Positions 25,851 to 39,500 of a DNA stretch of 64,000 nucleotides are shown here, piece after piece. The notes under the pieces were generated by a model. It saw nothing but the letters and a program-made list of their open reading frames with translations. It had not been told where the DNA came from and did no database searches. Position 1 is the first letter of the stretch. The number at the start of each line of letters is the position of its first letter. The stretch is from Anthoceros angustus (lineage: Eukaryota > Plantae > Anthocerotophyta), in NCBI GenBank assembly GCA_010909165.1, contig MU008194.1:496001-560000 (forward strand), written 5' to 3'. The translations under genes were made by a program, and so were the position numbers.

Positions 25851-26391
25851 CTTATTTACATTAATTAACAGATACTTTATTTATTTACTTGTATGCAAAT
25901 GCATCCTCCCCAGGAAAGAAGCATCGTCGAGAGTTCTCTGCCAGCAAGTTTCTGACGTCTGTTCCATTCTGCCATGGCAATGCAAAATTTACAAATCCAT
26001 AACGCCAGCTATGTACGGCGTGATACTTAGGAACATGTGAAGAAGGATCTCTCCACCGTCCACAGACCGCGAGCTCCGCGTTCCTGCACCGACTTTTGCG
26101 TCAAATATGCTATGATAATCGGCGAGTAAAGGCTCGTGTTATAGATTATTATTAAATCCCAAGTTTGCGAGCCCGACGCGATTGTCACCTGGTGAGGGCA
26201 AGGAGCCAGAGCCAAAGACTGCACGTGACGCGGGTGTTATCTGGATTGAGAAACGCAGGGAGCCAAAGCCAGAGCCAGAGCCAGAGGCGAAGGAAGGGTG
26301 GGTAGGACTCTGCTGGAAGGGTCATTTGTAGAGGCGGTCCTTCGTCTTGCAAGCCAGTCGCAGTGCATCGATGCACTGTGAGAACTGGAAA

Positions 26392-27228
26392 ATGTCCCGG
26401 ATAGGATGCCCGCTGCTGGTCCTCGCCATTGCTCTTTGTGTGTGCTGTGTCTCGGGAGCAGGTTCTGCGATCACGAGCAATGGGTACGTGGTGGGAGGAG
26501 GGCAACTTTGGACCGTCAATGATCCTGTGCCCAAAACTTACTTCCAGGATTGGGCCGACCAGTACAAGTTCTTCGTGAATGACTCGCTATGTAAGCGTTT
26601 GGATTATTCGCCGTTCATGAATACCAGTTGACATGTGGTATCGTCTCCTATTATTGCTCCAGACACACCCGTAGGTGTGATACTGATGGAATTCCAAGGG
26701 TTTGCAACTGCATGGCAGTTTTTGTTCTTGCTCAGGGCTCAAGCGCTAAGGGACCCATTCAAGTCAGCCAAACTAATTATGGAAGCTGCACAGCTCTCAG
26801 CATAGACACCGGCAATGCCGTGTTTGTTGACAATCTCGGCGCCTATGAAGCAGATCTCGTGTCGACGGGGAACACCTACTACATCGACCAAGATTCTGCG
26901 AGTTGCGAGGGGGGGTTGAAGTTTCAGGTGAACGTTCTGGCAGCTTCTGCACGGAAGAATGGCGTCGGCAATGCTGCTGGCTCTGTCCACAACTCTCTTC
27001 CTGCATTTGGTAAGTTATTTGAAGTGGAAGGCTCTTATAACTTGGTTCATTCTGTAAGGTTCACTCTTACTTGGAAAGACCAAGGAGGATGTCTGTTGCC
27101 ACCGACATACTCACTTGGAACTTCGGAACGGTGAATCATGTGATGAGGAGTTGTGCTTTGGTGCAGGTGCAGGTATGGCCGCCTTCACTTCAATGGTCAT
27201 CCTAAATGCCTTGAACTTCGCGATATGA
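26392..27228 (+). CDS. Small GPI-type phytocyanin/ENODL-like protein (copy B), 3 exons
   Basis: Paralog of 22368-23215 with the same exon structure and hydrophobic tail; stop at 27226-27228. Confidence 0.85.
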
Positions 27229-28819
27229 GGGATTTCAAAGCTTAGCACCGAACGTGAGGAATGTAGTGATGGAAGTCCATAACTTTCCTCATTTCATACC
27301 TCTAGTATGAGGTCATGAGCAAATCTCCCCTGTTGTCCATAGCATAATCCATCTAGTTTTCTCCCACATCACACGCTATGTGGCACATTTGCCTGTGTGA
27401 ACCTAAATATCTCGTTCCTGAAATATTTACGGATTGGCCGACGACCGCGAGAATGTTGTGCTGTGGCACTGCGTGAAGGATCAATTGCAAACATGCCCTG
27501 TTGCTCCGAGGACTCGCTGAGTACGCGTCTCTTTTCTCCTTCCACATGTGGTACGAGGAACACTTTGATATCTTCGCTTTGCATATCCTCAGTACTCCGG
27601 CAGCGTTTTTGGTGGCCAGAGGCTTCTTCCTACCTCCTGATGATGTCCTCCAGCTGCATGGCACAAATCGGAAGTGGCTGCCAAGCGGCTTCTATATTTG
27701 TGCATTGTGCTTCAGGCTTGTCCAGACAGGCGTTACATGCCCAGTTCCAGGGGACTGGCATAAAAGGACACATGACAGACACGACTCCGACAGCCTTCCT
27801 TGGTCATACGTACTAATTCTTTGGTCAACCGTGCATGAAATGGAATCGATGGGTGTATGTGCAACGTGAGAAGCCGCAAGCTATCCCATCGCCCTGGACA
27901 TTTCTCTTCACGATCTCATTACTCACTAGTGTCTTCGTGGCCACCGTGACCATAATGCCTTCCGCTGATGGAATGTGATACCTCCTCTGCCTAGAGTGTG
28001 ATTTTCTCCTATTCTAACAATGCCGAGAGGGGGGAGCATTGAGTTTTTTTGGTTTCTAAATCTGCACTACATATATATATTATTTAGTCCTGAAAGTTAT
28101 ATTTTTTTATTTTGGAGAGTAATGTTATAATTTAAGATATGATTTGTAGTCTATAAAATTATTTCCAGTTTTCTTAGTGTAGAAGCCATAGCTTGGGAAT
28201 GTGTTCATGCTTAGCATATTGGATATGCGTCTTTTGGATTTATTCATGCCTGATTTTTCTTGAAAATCCATAACTATTATCCAAGCACTTGTCACATAGG
28301 TGGCGCCAAGACCACGTTACACATAATCACCTTTCAAATTTTAGTGATATGTAAAGATATGATTACCTGTTTCTCATGCTTGAGACACCACACTCTGCAA
28401 GTCTATAGTCCCACTTTTTGGAAGCAATGAACAGGAGATTCCCAGTTATGAAGGTGACAATGCCTCTGGCTCGCGACATCGATGCCCAAGACAATAGGAG
28501 TTCACTACACAATCCTGCTAGGACGTATATTAGGCATGTAGACCGGTTGCAATTGTTTGAGGTTGGCATTACTTATTCTGTAGAGAAGCGACAATGAACA
28601 TTTTGTACAATCCTTCAAGATGTTGGTGGACCCTTTTGAACGAGATGTTGTTGATTGTCATGAGGCACTACATAGAAAAACACAACAACCAACTTAGTGT
28701 CCCCAAGAACAAGACTCTTGTTATGTAGATACGATAGTCCAAACTTCTCAAACCAAATGTCATACTTATACTATTTCTTATTTTAATTTTGGTTCTTATA
28801 TGCCATCTATTAGGTATTG

Positions 28820-29310
28820 CTCATAGATTAGTCACAGCGAAAGTATTACTTAGTTTAGAAATTGAAAAGTCACTTGAAAAACCAAAATGCCATAGTGCTC
28901 TACTCACAGATTAGTTACCGGAAAAAACAGCAATTAGTTTTACAACTGGAAATAAGTTATAAAATGAACATAGTGCTCTAACAAAAAACAGTAATTAGTA
29001 TCACAATTAGAAAGTAAGTTTTGAAACCATATTCCAACTTGGACATGGGGCTCTATTCACACTTCAGTTATGTAAACGTAATGCTTAGTTTAAAAATTGA
29101 AAAGTAAGTCTATAAATTAAATTCCACCTTGGACATAGTCCTCTTTTCCCAGATTAGTTTCCAAAAATATTAATTAGTTTCAAAACGGAAAAATTAGTTT
29201 GAAAACCAAATCCCACCCTGGACATGGTCCTTTTTTCACTTATTAGTTTCTAGAAAGTATTATTTAGTTTAAAAACTGAAACGTAAGTTTAAAAACTAGA
29301 TTTTAACTTG
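28820..29310. repeat. Degenerate AT-rich tandem repeat, period about 90 bp
   Basis: TGGACAT recurs at 29040, 29130 and 29220; TTAGTTT..AAA(T/C)TGAAA..AAGT blocks recur about 6 times. Confidence 0.7.
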
Positions 29311-30629
29311 ATCTTATGGGTTCTAGGGTTCCACAAAATATGTGGAGGATGGAATCCAATGCCACCAATACTATGGGATACAATGTCCGGAACAAAGTCA
29401 GTCAAAGCATTTTGGATGATGGTAATTATAAGCATCAAGCACTTGTGAGAGCGAAAAGATGTAATTTCACAACCCTAAAGTCAAAAAGAGATCGATAGAG
29501 GTGAAGTTGGGTCATGAAGAAAGCCCTAGACTTGAGGACAGGTCTGAGTGGGGAGAGAGAGAAAAAATAAGAACGGGTCGGGGAGAGAGCTGACCAATAG
29601 CCGCGACCATGAATGGATATTGAATTGTTTGACCTTTCTTGTGTTCAAACTAGAAAACTTAAATAAAACTTTTTAACCATTCTTAAGTTCACCAAGAAAC
29701 CAAACTAGAAAAATTAAATAAACAAATATCTTCATTGGATAGTAATGGAATGAATCTATCTACCTCTAGACAATATGAAGGAAGTCTTTCCAATATCAGA
29801 AAACCTTTGAAAGCTATTCTCCATAAATATTGGATTAAAAATCTCCTACTTTCTTGAGATATAGTTGAAATTTGGAATGATCTACCTATTACATATGACA
29901 AGGCCTCATTGGCTCTACCTATTACGGCATTGTGCGGCATGCATGGGAAAATGGAAAAGTCGTAGATTTGTGCAAACCAGGTGAAGGCTTGCGCAAAAGA
30001 GGGAAATGCCTATGCATTATGGGGCAAGCCTCTCTGAAGAGAGGCATCTCTAACACACAAAAAAGCTAGGCTAGGGTTCATCTCTAACACACAAAAAAGC
30101 TAGGCTAGGGTTTAGGAGTGTCTTTTCGTAATAAGACATAACGTGACCGTTCTCGTAATTCATTGTTGTTCATCTGAAGAGAGTCTAAGTCTTCTTGCTA
30201 TATCTCCCTTCACTGACTGGGCAAAAGTGTGGTAGACTCGCGCAAACAAGGCCAAGTTGCATGCTTCTGCACCTGTCGTACGACGACATTGTGTGAGCCA
30301 ACCCCAACTCTTGGGCTCGAGTCTAGACCTCCGAGGTACGGATACAAACCGCGCTTCGAGCACTGCACGGCTCGAACATAATACTGTGTGCCACTGCGGA
30401 ATATAGGATTATAGCTCATCGATGCAGCTGGGATTGACCCCTGTGTAGACGTTGATGTACTTGTGATTCCTTGGTGGAGCGACCAACACATCTCGAGATT
30501 CGTCTTCGCTGCCATGATTCCATGTATGCTTCTTCAGGTTCCAAGTCTGGCCAGCAAAAGGCAACGCTGTGAACCATCGGCTGCAGGAATTGGATTTCAG
30601 GCACAGAAGCTTGTGAGGGGTTCGCGGTC

Positions 30630-31864
30630 ATGGAGGTGCTGCGTCTGCTTGTCGTTGTGGGGCTCTTGTGTCTGCATATTGGTGTCGGAATTGCAGGAGT
30701 ATCTGCTGCAGCGTCCTCACCTCAACTCAAGCTAAATAGTTGGAATGGCACGCACACGCACACAAATAGACTTGCTAACGCTGATACCTCTTGTTGCACT
30801 GCTCACCGCACCATCCAGGTAAGACAGCTGCAAGATGTCTCTGGCACCCAGTTCATGCCTTCAAACGCAACAGAGGTCGCCATTCTGCTGGAGTTTAAGC
30901 GAGGCATAGTGAAGGATTCTTCCCACGTCCTTGCGGACTGGAGTGAGAGCAAGACGGGGGCTCCTTGCTCCTGGCGGGGCGTTGGGTGCGTGGCAAGCAA
31001 CAGCACATGGAGAGTGGTGTCTTTGAATTTGTCAGGGCTACACCGAGTTGAAAGAGCTTCAACAAATACAGTGGTTCAACGTACAAGGTTGGGGAGTTGG
31101 ATTAGAAGGGCCGATTCCCAGCGAGATCGGGAACTGCAGCAACTTTGAGGTGGAACAACCTGAGTGGGCCATTCCCCACATCACTGTCCAGGCTTTCGAA
31201 GTTGTCCACTCTAGCACTTGGAGAGAGCAAATTCTGCAGCTCAGGAACCATGATCCTAGAAGTACTTAGCAGTCTCAGCAATCTGACATACTTGGATTTG
31301 CGCTCCAGCGGCCTGCATGGCAGCATCCCCCCAGCATACAGGGGCTTGTCAGCTTGAACTTTCTCGAGTTAAGCGCAAATAGGCTCATAGGTCCTGTGCC
31401 AGACGGCATAGGGAAGATGACCACCCTTAAGGAGCTCCACTTTACCAGTAACCAACTCACTGGGCCAATCCCTGCTTCGTTCGCCAACCTATTGGCACTA
31501 TCAATATTAGATATGCACAGCAACCATCTGAATGGGACGCTCCCCTCGTTCCTGGGAGATTTACCACTGACCAAGTTGTCACTTGGGCGCAACAACTTCA
31601 CTGGTAGCATCCCAAATAGGGTTCAGCAGCTTCATAACTTAACAATCCTCTCTCTGGATTATAATGACCTGTCGGGACCCATCCCCGATGTGTTTATCAA
31701 CATGACACAGCTGCAGCAACTTTTCTTGGGCAACAACGGCCTCCTGCAAGGCACGCTTCCGGCTTCCATGAGCAGTCTCTACGGCCTTCAAATACTCAAC
31801 CTCAAGGCAACCAATATAGAGGGATCCATTCCTGAAGGGTTTGCGAAGTTGTCACAGCTCAAGG
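30630..31864 (+). pseudogene. LRR-RLK/RLP 5' portion, frameshifted and truncated by an insertion
   Basis: Signal peptide MEVLRLLVVVGLL; LRRNT LLEFKRGI..D..LADW..PCSWRGVGC; repeated LxLxxNxLxGxIP; homology ends abruptly after CTCAAGG at 31864. Confidence 0.85.
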
Positions 31865-31877
31865 CGCATTCTTGTAT

Positions 31878-32330
31878 CTAAGTGACCCGATGCAAAAAAC
31901 CCGACAGAAAGCCCTCACACACACCTGTTTCTTCCCATGTGGAATCCGGTTTATCCATACTATGGGCAACAACTCCTCTTTCTTGATCGAGATCCGGATG
32001 GTCTTGCAAATCATTCTGCTCTCCTTTTGTCATGCGGAAGAATGCTACATGAATCACCTTCAATTTGGAATGGCCAACACGCTCTAAACATTTTTTGTCA
32101 CAACAATGCCGCTTTAAATCGGCGCACAACTTGGCCCTGGAACAATGCTTCTCTAAGACCAAATCCATTCTAGCTTTGGCCGGAGGTACTTTACGCTTGG
32201 CAACGTCAGTGCAGCTTGTTGCACACAAATCCTCACCTTTCGGCTTCGGATGTGCGCGAGGCATCATCTCAGGCAACTCCAACTGGATGGCATCACAATC
32301 ACCAAACAAAGATCCGGGACCACGGACCAC
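31878..32330 (-). mobile_element. Possible DNA-transposon (Sola-like) N-terminal Cys-rich fragment
   Basis: HCCDKKCLERV..FFRMTKGEQND..VCEGFL resembles the CC..C..F..EQ..VC..F pattern of such transposases; no DDE core seen. Confidence 0.3.
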
Positions 32331-33631
32331 ATTAGCTCTTGGATGACTCCCAAGATTGTAACTCCGCCATCACTGCGTGCGATATTGTTTCCAAGCCAAG
32401 CCCAAAATCAACAATGCTGTGGATCTTCTCACCAAAGTCCGAGACTCGCAACACTCTCCACATCGTAGTCTTGCCCAATGCTCTGCACAGTAGCACATTC
32501 TCGATAGTATTCTCGACCCGCCCACAAAGATCCGCCGAGGGCCGACCTTGTCGCCGGGCGTCGTGTTATTATTACGCCGCCGTGAGGTACATCTTCGCGA
32601 TGCGCCGCCATCGTGACCAAGAAGTCCGGATGGATGGTGCCGAGCCGCCTCGTGGTGGCACGGTCGGGCCTGCGTCGCTGCGTCGAGCACCGGACATCCG
32701 GTTAAACGCGCACGAGTTCTTCTTGTGCGATCCTCTCCGCCCGCATCGCATCCGGATCGCATGAAAAAGGTCGCCATCGGCAACCATATCCTCCGCTCCA
32801 CCCTCCATATCTCGGAACACGCACATCGCCATCGCTTCCACCGCTGTGAAGTCTGCCACCGGTCTCTTCAAGGACTATGCCCGCCGACGCCGCCATAGCT
32901 CGTGAATCATCCTCAAAACTACGACGCGGGTTGTGCAGCATCCGTCCGAGATCAACAATTGAGTCGTCGGACTCATGGCCACCCGTTCGAATGACATGCA
33001 TCGACCGCCCGGCTTTTTACCGTCGAACACGCCGTCGGCTATGTCGGTGGCCATTGCTCTCACACCGAGGGGCGTGTGACGTCCAGCAGGGAGGAGGAGG
33101 GGATGCGCAAGACTCGATACAATTCGCGGGCTTTCGTGGCAAAAAGAGCCTTCGCACTAAATGCTGGCAATGAAGTCGAGGTGTCCACTTTGCGGCTGGT
33201 AGGAAACGGCGGCTGTGTACAGTTGCTAGTCGGTGGATGCTGAATCGCTCTAGGTGCCCATCGTTATGCCACGGCTGAACACTATTTTAGCCGTGGCATA
33301 ACTAGCATATACCTTAGAATATGCTCAATATAACATTTGCCACATTAGCCGGGACAATGGCAAAACACGGACGCCGGCGACAAAGCATTTAAGGAGTTGC
33401 TTGATTACAGAGCCTGCCTTGCCCTGTGTCTTCCTTCATGAAGGCACAGCGACCCCACCTTCCCCTTTCTACTTGGTGTAGATTCATTCTCGCTTTGGCG
33501 GGAAGATGTGTATTTCCCTCTAGCTTATGTGTGGGCGGGAAATGCAAGAGATTGCCGCGGACTGGAGAAAACGGGTCGTTCTCACACTCACCCGCACTTT
33601 GTCCATCGGGCAGCCGGCACAGAGATAATAG

Positions 33632-35876
33632 CACACTCGACCTCCTCATCGCCAGCTGCAATGTTGCTCGAGGGTGCAGCAGCTTAGTCGTCTGTGAGCA
33701 TCAACTTCAACTCCCGCTTGCACAGATCGTCCTGTTTGAGAAGTTGCGTCATGCGTATCGCCTTTTAACAATCTAAACACTTCGTGATCTCACTTCTTTC
33801 ATAGTTGCATACGAATGGCTCCTCCGGCTCAAGCGGAAGAATGACTCCAACAAATCGCAGGACGCCCGGTGGAGAAAAAAGGCGACAAGGGCAGACTCAC
33901 GTGCCTTGAACGAGGCGACGAGCCTGCACTCCAGCCCGACTCCAAGGACAACTCAAATCACGCCACCGATGCGGGTCTTTCCACAAGAGCATCCTCCGAC
34001 CAAGGCATCTTTCCGTAGTCCTTACAAGCGGTCCGATATTGACTTGATCCACCGATGTACAAGATGATCTCGCCATTTGACATTACAAAGAGAAGTTGGA
34101 TAAGGCAACAACGACCCAATCAAGACTTGCTCTTCTTGTATGTGTCGATGGAGGATGATGCCAACCACACCAGCCAAAAGAAATGTGCGGAGCAGCTTGT
34201 TTTCACGCAATACCATGAAGGATGAGCAGTGTACGCTATATTGCCGATCCGCTCAAGCACAAGGAGCCTCTTCGTCTGGACCCGCAATGGATTAGAGTAT
34301 ACAAGGTCATGGTGAAGAACTTTGACATTGTGGCGTACAACCAGAGCGGAAAAGGCAAGAACTTTTGAGGCATTGCGACACGGTGATGGACATCGTGTCT
34401 TCCACAAGGCTTTGCACCAGCAATGTTTAGAAGGTGTGCGGATGATGCATTGCTTACATCGAAAGGGCATACTGCTGCAGAAGGCCCCTAGCATGGCATC
34501 TGGTGGAAATCAAATGGCAACTCCTAGTGCCCTAATGGGAGCAGCAAATCCATCCGCCCGCAGTGATCGCTGGCAACCGCCACCGATATGCCTAATCGCC
34601 GCTGCAATTGCAAGAAAAGGTGGTGGCACAAAATATAATTCAAGGACACGAAAGTTTAGTTTACGAAATGAAAGCCCGCCGGTAAGAGGGGTTGCGGTGA
34701 CACGGACGTCCGGTGCTTGAGTCCAAGCAACAGTCCACCCACACTCGACCTCCTCATCGCCAGCTGCAATTCTCTGTTCTCGACGCAAAGAGTCGGGTGA
34801 GCATCAACTTCTCAACTCCCGCTTGCACATGATCGTCCTGTGATTTGAGAAGTTGCGTCATGCGTATCGCCTTTTAACAATCTAAACACTTCGTGTTCTC
34901 ACTTCTTCATAGTTGCATATGTAATGGCTCCTTCAAGCGAAGAATGACTCCAACAAATCGCAGGACGCCCGGTGGAGCAAAAAAAAGTCTAGACTAAGGC
35001 ATCACTGTGCCTTGAACGAGGCGACGAGCCTGCACTCACGACTCCAAGGACAACTCAAATCGCCACCGATGCGGTCTTCCACAATAGCATCCCCTCCGAC
35101 CAAGGCATCTTTCCAGAGTCCTTACAAGCGGTCCGATATTGACTTGATCCACCAGATGTACAAGATGATCTCGCCATTTGACATTACAATGAGAAGTTGG
35201 ATAGTGCAACAACGACCCAATCAAGACTTGGTCTTCTTGTATGTGTCGATGGAGGAAGATGCCAACCACACCAGCCAAAAGAAATGTGCAGGAGCAGTTG
35301 TTTTCACGCAGTCAGTCATGAAGGATGAGCAGGTGTACGTCATATTGCTGATCTGGCTCAAGCACAAGGAGCCTCTTCGTCTGACCCGCAATGGATTAGA
35401 GTATACAAGGTCATGGTGAAAACTTTGACATTGTGGCGTACAACCAAAGCGGAAAAGGCAAGAAATTTTGAGGCATTGCGACACGGTGATGGACATCGTG
35501 TCTTCCACAAGGCTTTGCACCAAAGAATGTTTAGAAGGTGTGCGGATGATGCATTGCTTACATCGAAAGGGCATAATTGCGTAGAAGGCCCCTAGCATGG
35601 CATCTCGCTACGGTGGAAATCAAATGGCAACTCCTAGTGCCCGGAATGGGAGCAAGCAAATCCATCTGCCTGCAGGCAGATCGTTGGCAACCGCCACCGA
35701 TATGCCTAATCTGCAGCCGCGAAGCAAAACTGCAAGAAAAGGTGGTGGCACAAAATATAATTCCGCGGGGCACGTTTCAGCGTCTAGTTTACGAAATGAA
35801 AGCCTGCTGGTAAGAGGGGTTGCAGGACACGGGACGTCCGGTGCTTCGAGTCCAAGCAACAGGTCCACCCACACTC
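33632..35876 (+). repeat. Tandem duplication of about 1.1 kb with degraded unknown ORFs
   Basis: Units start at 33632 and 34740; CACACTC at 33632, 34740 and 35870; copies differ by many small indels. Confidence 0.9.
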
Positions 35877-35986
35877 CGAGCCGCGGGTTTTTCCTAGCCC
35901 ATGGCCGCTGCGATGATGTCACCCTAACCTCTCTAGCCGATGAAGACGAAGATGAGGATGCGGGTGGGGACCAGGACAATGAGGGG

Positions 35987-36510
35987 TGTCATGTCGTGTG
36001 ATACTAATCTCTGCACTTGGGTTTAGTGTTTGATTAGCATTAATTAATCTAATTACTTATCTTTAAGTAAGTAATTAGTGTTAATTAATCTAAAGTGCTT
36101 ATGTTAATTAAGCGTTGATTAGTGTTAATTAATCTATGGTGCTTATGTTAATTAAGTATTGATTAGTGTTAATTAAACATGGTTAGCAATAGCTAAGTGG
36201 ATAAGCTCAAGTAATATGCTTTGGCATATTCCTTGCATATTATAGTGTATTCTTAGGATATCTTAGAATATGCCACGCCATAGGATATCTTAGAATATGC
36301 CATGCTGTGATCTAGTATATATAGACCCTTCCATTGAGGACAAGCTCGGATCAGCCTGTCCTCTAGATATGCAATGCAAGGTGTTATGAGGAGGCCAAAG
36401 CTATGACTCCGAGAGCGATGTGTGAGGAATTTGCGTGTTGTTCTCGTGGGGAGAGTGTGTTTGTGCCACGACGTGCGAGCTACTCCCTCCTATTGTTCCC
36501 GAGCTCAACA
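35987..36510 (+). mobile_element. Isolated LTR (TGT...ACA) preceded by a PPT-like GAGGGG; truncates the PHD of gypsy family 2
   Basis: TGTCATG at 35987, CTCAACA at 36510, TATATATAG inside, internal TTAATT repeats; no TSD, so not a clean solo LTR. Confidence 0.6.
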
Positions 36511-39500
36511 GGTGGTTGAACACAAAACATGTGGTATCCCCTATTGCACCGATCACAAAGAAGCATTACATCATCATCATCAGTACGTCCACAAACCTGA
36601 CACTCCAAGTCTTTGGGTGGACGCCACATTGTAGGCCGTAGTTGAGGGTCCAAATTGGGTAAGTGGCATGGTGCGCAGTTCTTGAGGTGATCCTTCCATC
36701 TTCGCCATCGATCCTTGAGCTCAAGCACTCCATCTTTGCCTACTCGCACGACCCGCAAGATGACTCTGGTGGATACCTCCAAGGTGTTGCGCTTCCGGCG
36801 TGTAGACATAATCTCCAACTTCGAACTTGCGCACCTTGGGTTTCCATGTCCCTCCTCGTGTGTAAGCATAGCGCAGTTGATCCCTGTGTTGCGCTATGGC
36901 AAGGTTCTCCATTGCCATGGGCATGATCCGTTTGAAAAGCTCGCCTTTCCGGTCTCGTAGGCAATCATCCGCATTGCGCCAATCCACTGGTGCTTGTAGC
37001 CTTGCTTGCCTCACGTTTGGCAAAAATGGTTGTCGCCCATACAACAAGTAGTATGGTGAAAAATTGCTCAAGGCTGCTTGATTGCTCACCCTGTACCCTA
37101 GCACTAGGTATGGCATCCCTTCATCCCATGTCTTCGGGTCATTTGTGAGACAATACTTGCGCAAGGCCCGCTTGAAGGTCTGCACCAAGCGTTCAGCAAG
37201 TCCATCGGCTTGAGGATGATCTCTCGACGTACGTCGATGATCAATCAAGCTCCTGTCAAGCAAGTCTTGAAATTCCCCACGGAATTCTTTGCCCTGGTCA
37301 GTGAGAACCTCTGCACATGCTCCATATCGACTAAGAACGGAAGCCAAGAACGCCTTACTGGTAAGCCGAGAGTCACGCTTGGGTAAGATGGCAACCTCGC
37401 ACCACTTGCTGAAATGCTCCACCATTAGCATGACATGCTTGTTTCCAGTACGCGTCTCTGGCATGTCTGGCATGAGATCCACACTCCACCTGTAGAAGAG
37501 TCCTCGGATCGGCAGAGAGTGAAGCACAACATCATTGGCTGTGAACCTTGCCTTCACTCGATCGCACTCTACATTCTGCGACCAGCCTTTCCACATCTCC
37601 ATACATCCTTGCCCAAAAGTGTGTGGGCTGAGCATCAGAGGTGCGCTTAGCACCAAAATGCCCTAAGCCTTCATGCACTGGTGATGAGTCTCACCCGATC
37701 CTCCGGCTTGGGTACAATTCTATCTCCATGAGAATCACGGACATACATTATGTCCTCCTTCCAATAGTACCGAGCCACCTTCTCGTAGCTTGGCCCGCTC
37801 GAGATGAAAGCCCTTGTGGCAATTCCCCAGACCTTAGGAAGGTCACCGCTATTGCATCCGCCCAGATGTCCCTGACGGACTCTGCATACAAAGCGATGAG
37901 TGGAGGCATCTTGACATCCTCATGCGCATGGCCAACATGGTATCTGGACTACTCTCCCCACCGGTTGCTCGTCATCTGAATCTTGCCTGGCCCCTGTAGT
38001 GTCTTCGTTACGAGGTAGAGGATTCCTTGACAACCCATCAGGATTAGAGTGAACTCTACCTGCTCGGTGTTCGATGACAAAGTCATACTCCTGGAGAATG
38101 AGAGCCCACCTCGCCAGCTTTCCTGTAAGCTTGGCGTTCGTCATCAACCAGTGCAAGGGTTGATGGTCGGTGATTAGTCGAAATTGATGTCCAAACAAGT
38201 ACGGACGAAAGTGTCCGACTGCCCACACTGCTGCAAGACATTCTCCTTCATAGGCAGAGTAGTTGGACTCCGCCTGGTTGTTGCTCCGACTGGCATAGGC
38301 AATGACATGTTCCTCTTCCTTGTCATTGATCTGCGCCAAGATCGCCTATGCCGTACTTGCTCCAATCGTAAAGTACGAACGGCCATCAAGTTTGGATGAC
38401 CAAGAATTGGCGAGCTCATGAGTCTACCCTTCAACTCCATGAAAGCGACTCCTCCTCTTGAGTCCAACGCCAAGTCACCAACTTCTTCAACAAGTCATTC
38501 AATGGCGCGCAATCCTGCTCATCCGGAATGAACTTCCTGTAGTAACCGCCAAACCCAAGAATGCCCTCAACTTGAGATGTCGTTTGGCACAGGAATGCGC
38601 GATTGCCTCCACCTTGGTGGCATGCGGCGAGATCCGTCAGCGTGATCCAATGACCCAAGTACAACACCTTATCCTCTCCAAATCGACACTTCCTGGATGG
38701 GCCTTCAACCCACAAGCAGCCCTAGCAAAGGCGCTCGAAGATGTTGTAGATGCTCCTCAAAGGTATTGCTGAAGATGATGACGTCATCAATGTAGCACTT
38801 GGCGAAATGCAAGTCCTTGAGCTCATTGTCCATGTACCTTTGAACTGCGTTGGCGATGTCTTCAACCAAATGGCATGTAATTCCACTCGTACAAGCAATC
38901 TCCCAACGCCGTTTCTTCTTGTCTTCTTGGCGATCTCTACTTGGTGAAACCCTAGCCTCAAGTCCAATGTTGAGAAGAACTTGGCGAGACCCAATGGTGT
39001 CGAAGATCTCTTGACCGTCGGCATGGGATAGTGGTCATGTGGGATTCGCTCGTTCAACGGCCGATAGTCACCACACATTCTCCTCTCCGTCCACAATCCA
39101 TTCTCATCCTTCTTTTCGGAAGCATCGCGCAGCTGCATCGCGAGTTAGATCGTCGAATCAGCCCTAGCTTGAGAAGCTCTTGGCATCGATTCTCAACCAA
39201 ATCCCATGGCCAACTCCCTCTGCGGAACCTTTGGTTCATCCGTGGTCGATTCTATGTGGAACTTCCCTTTGGTGTACTTCCCCATCTCCGCAAGCGTGAA
39301 AGCAAACACATGTCGCGATGCCTCCAACAACTCCTTTAGCCGACGCTGATTGCTCTTCAACTCGATTCCTGTTAACCACTCATGTGGCTGTGGCTCAGAT
39401 GGCTTGCACGCTTCCTCTACGTGCTCGCTCTCCTTGCCCTCCAAACTCGCCTTCTCCTGTTGAGATGCGAGTGCTGGAATGTCCTTCACCCACCGAACCC

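Noticed and set aside
28820-29310. CRISPR-like periodic array
   Set aside because: Eukaryotic context; whole units are degenerate copies, with no constant repeat and unique spacers.
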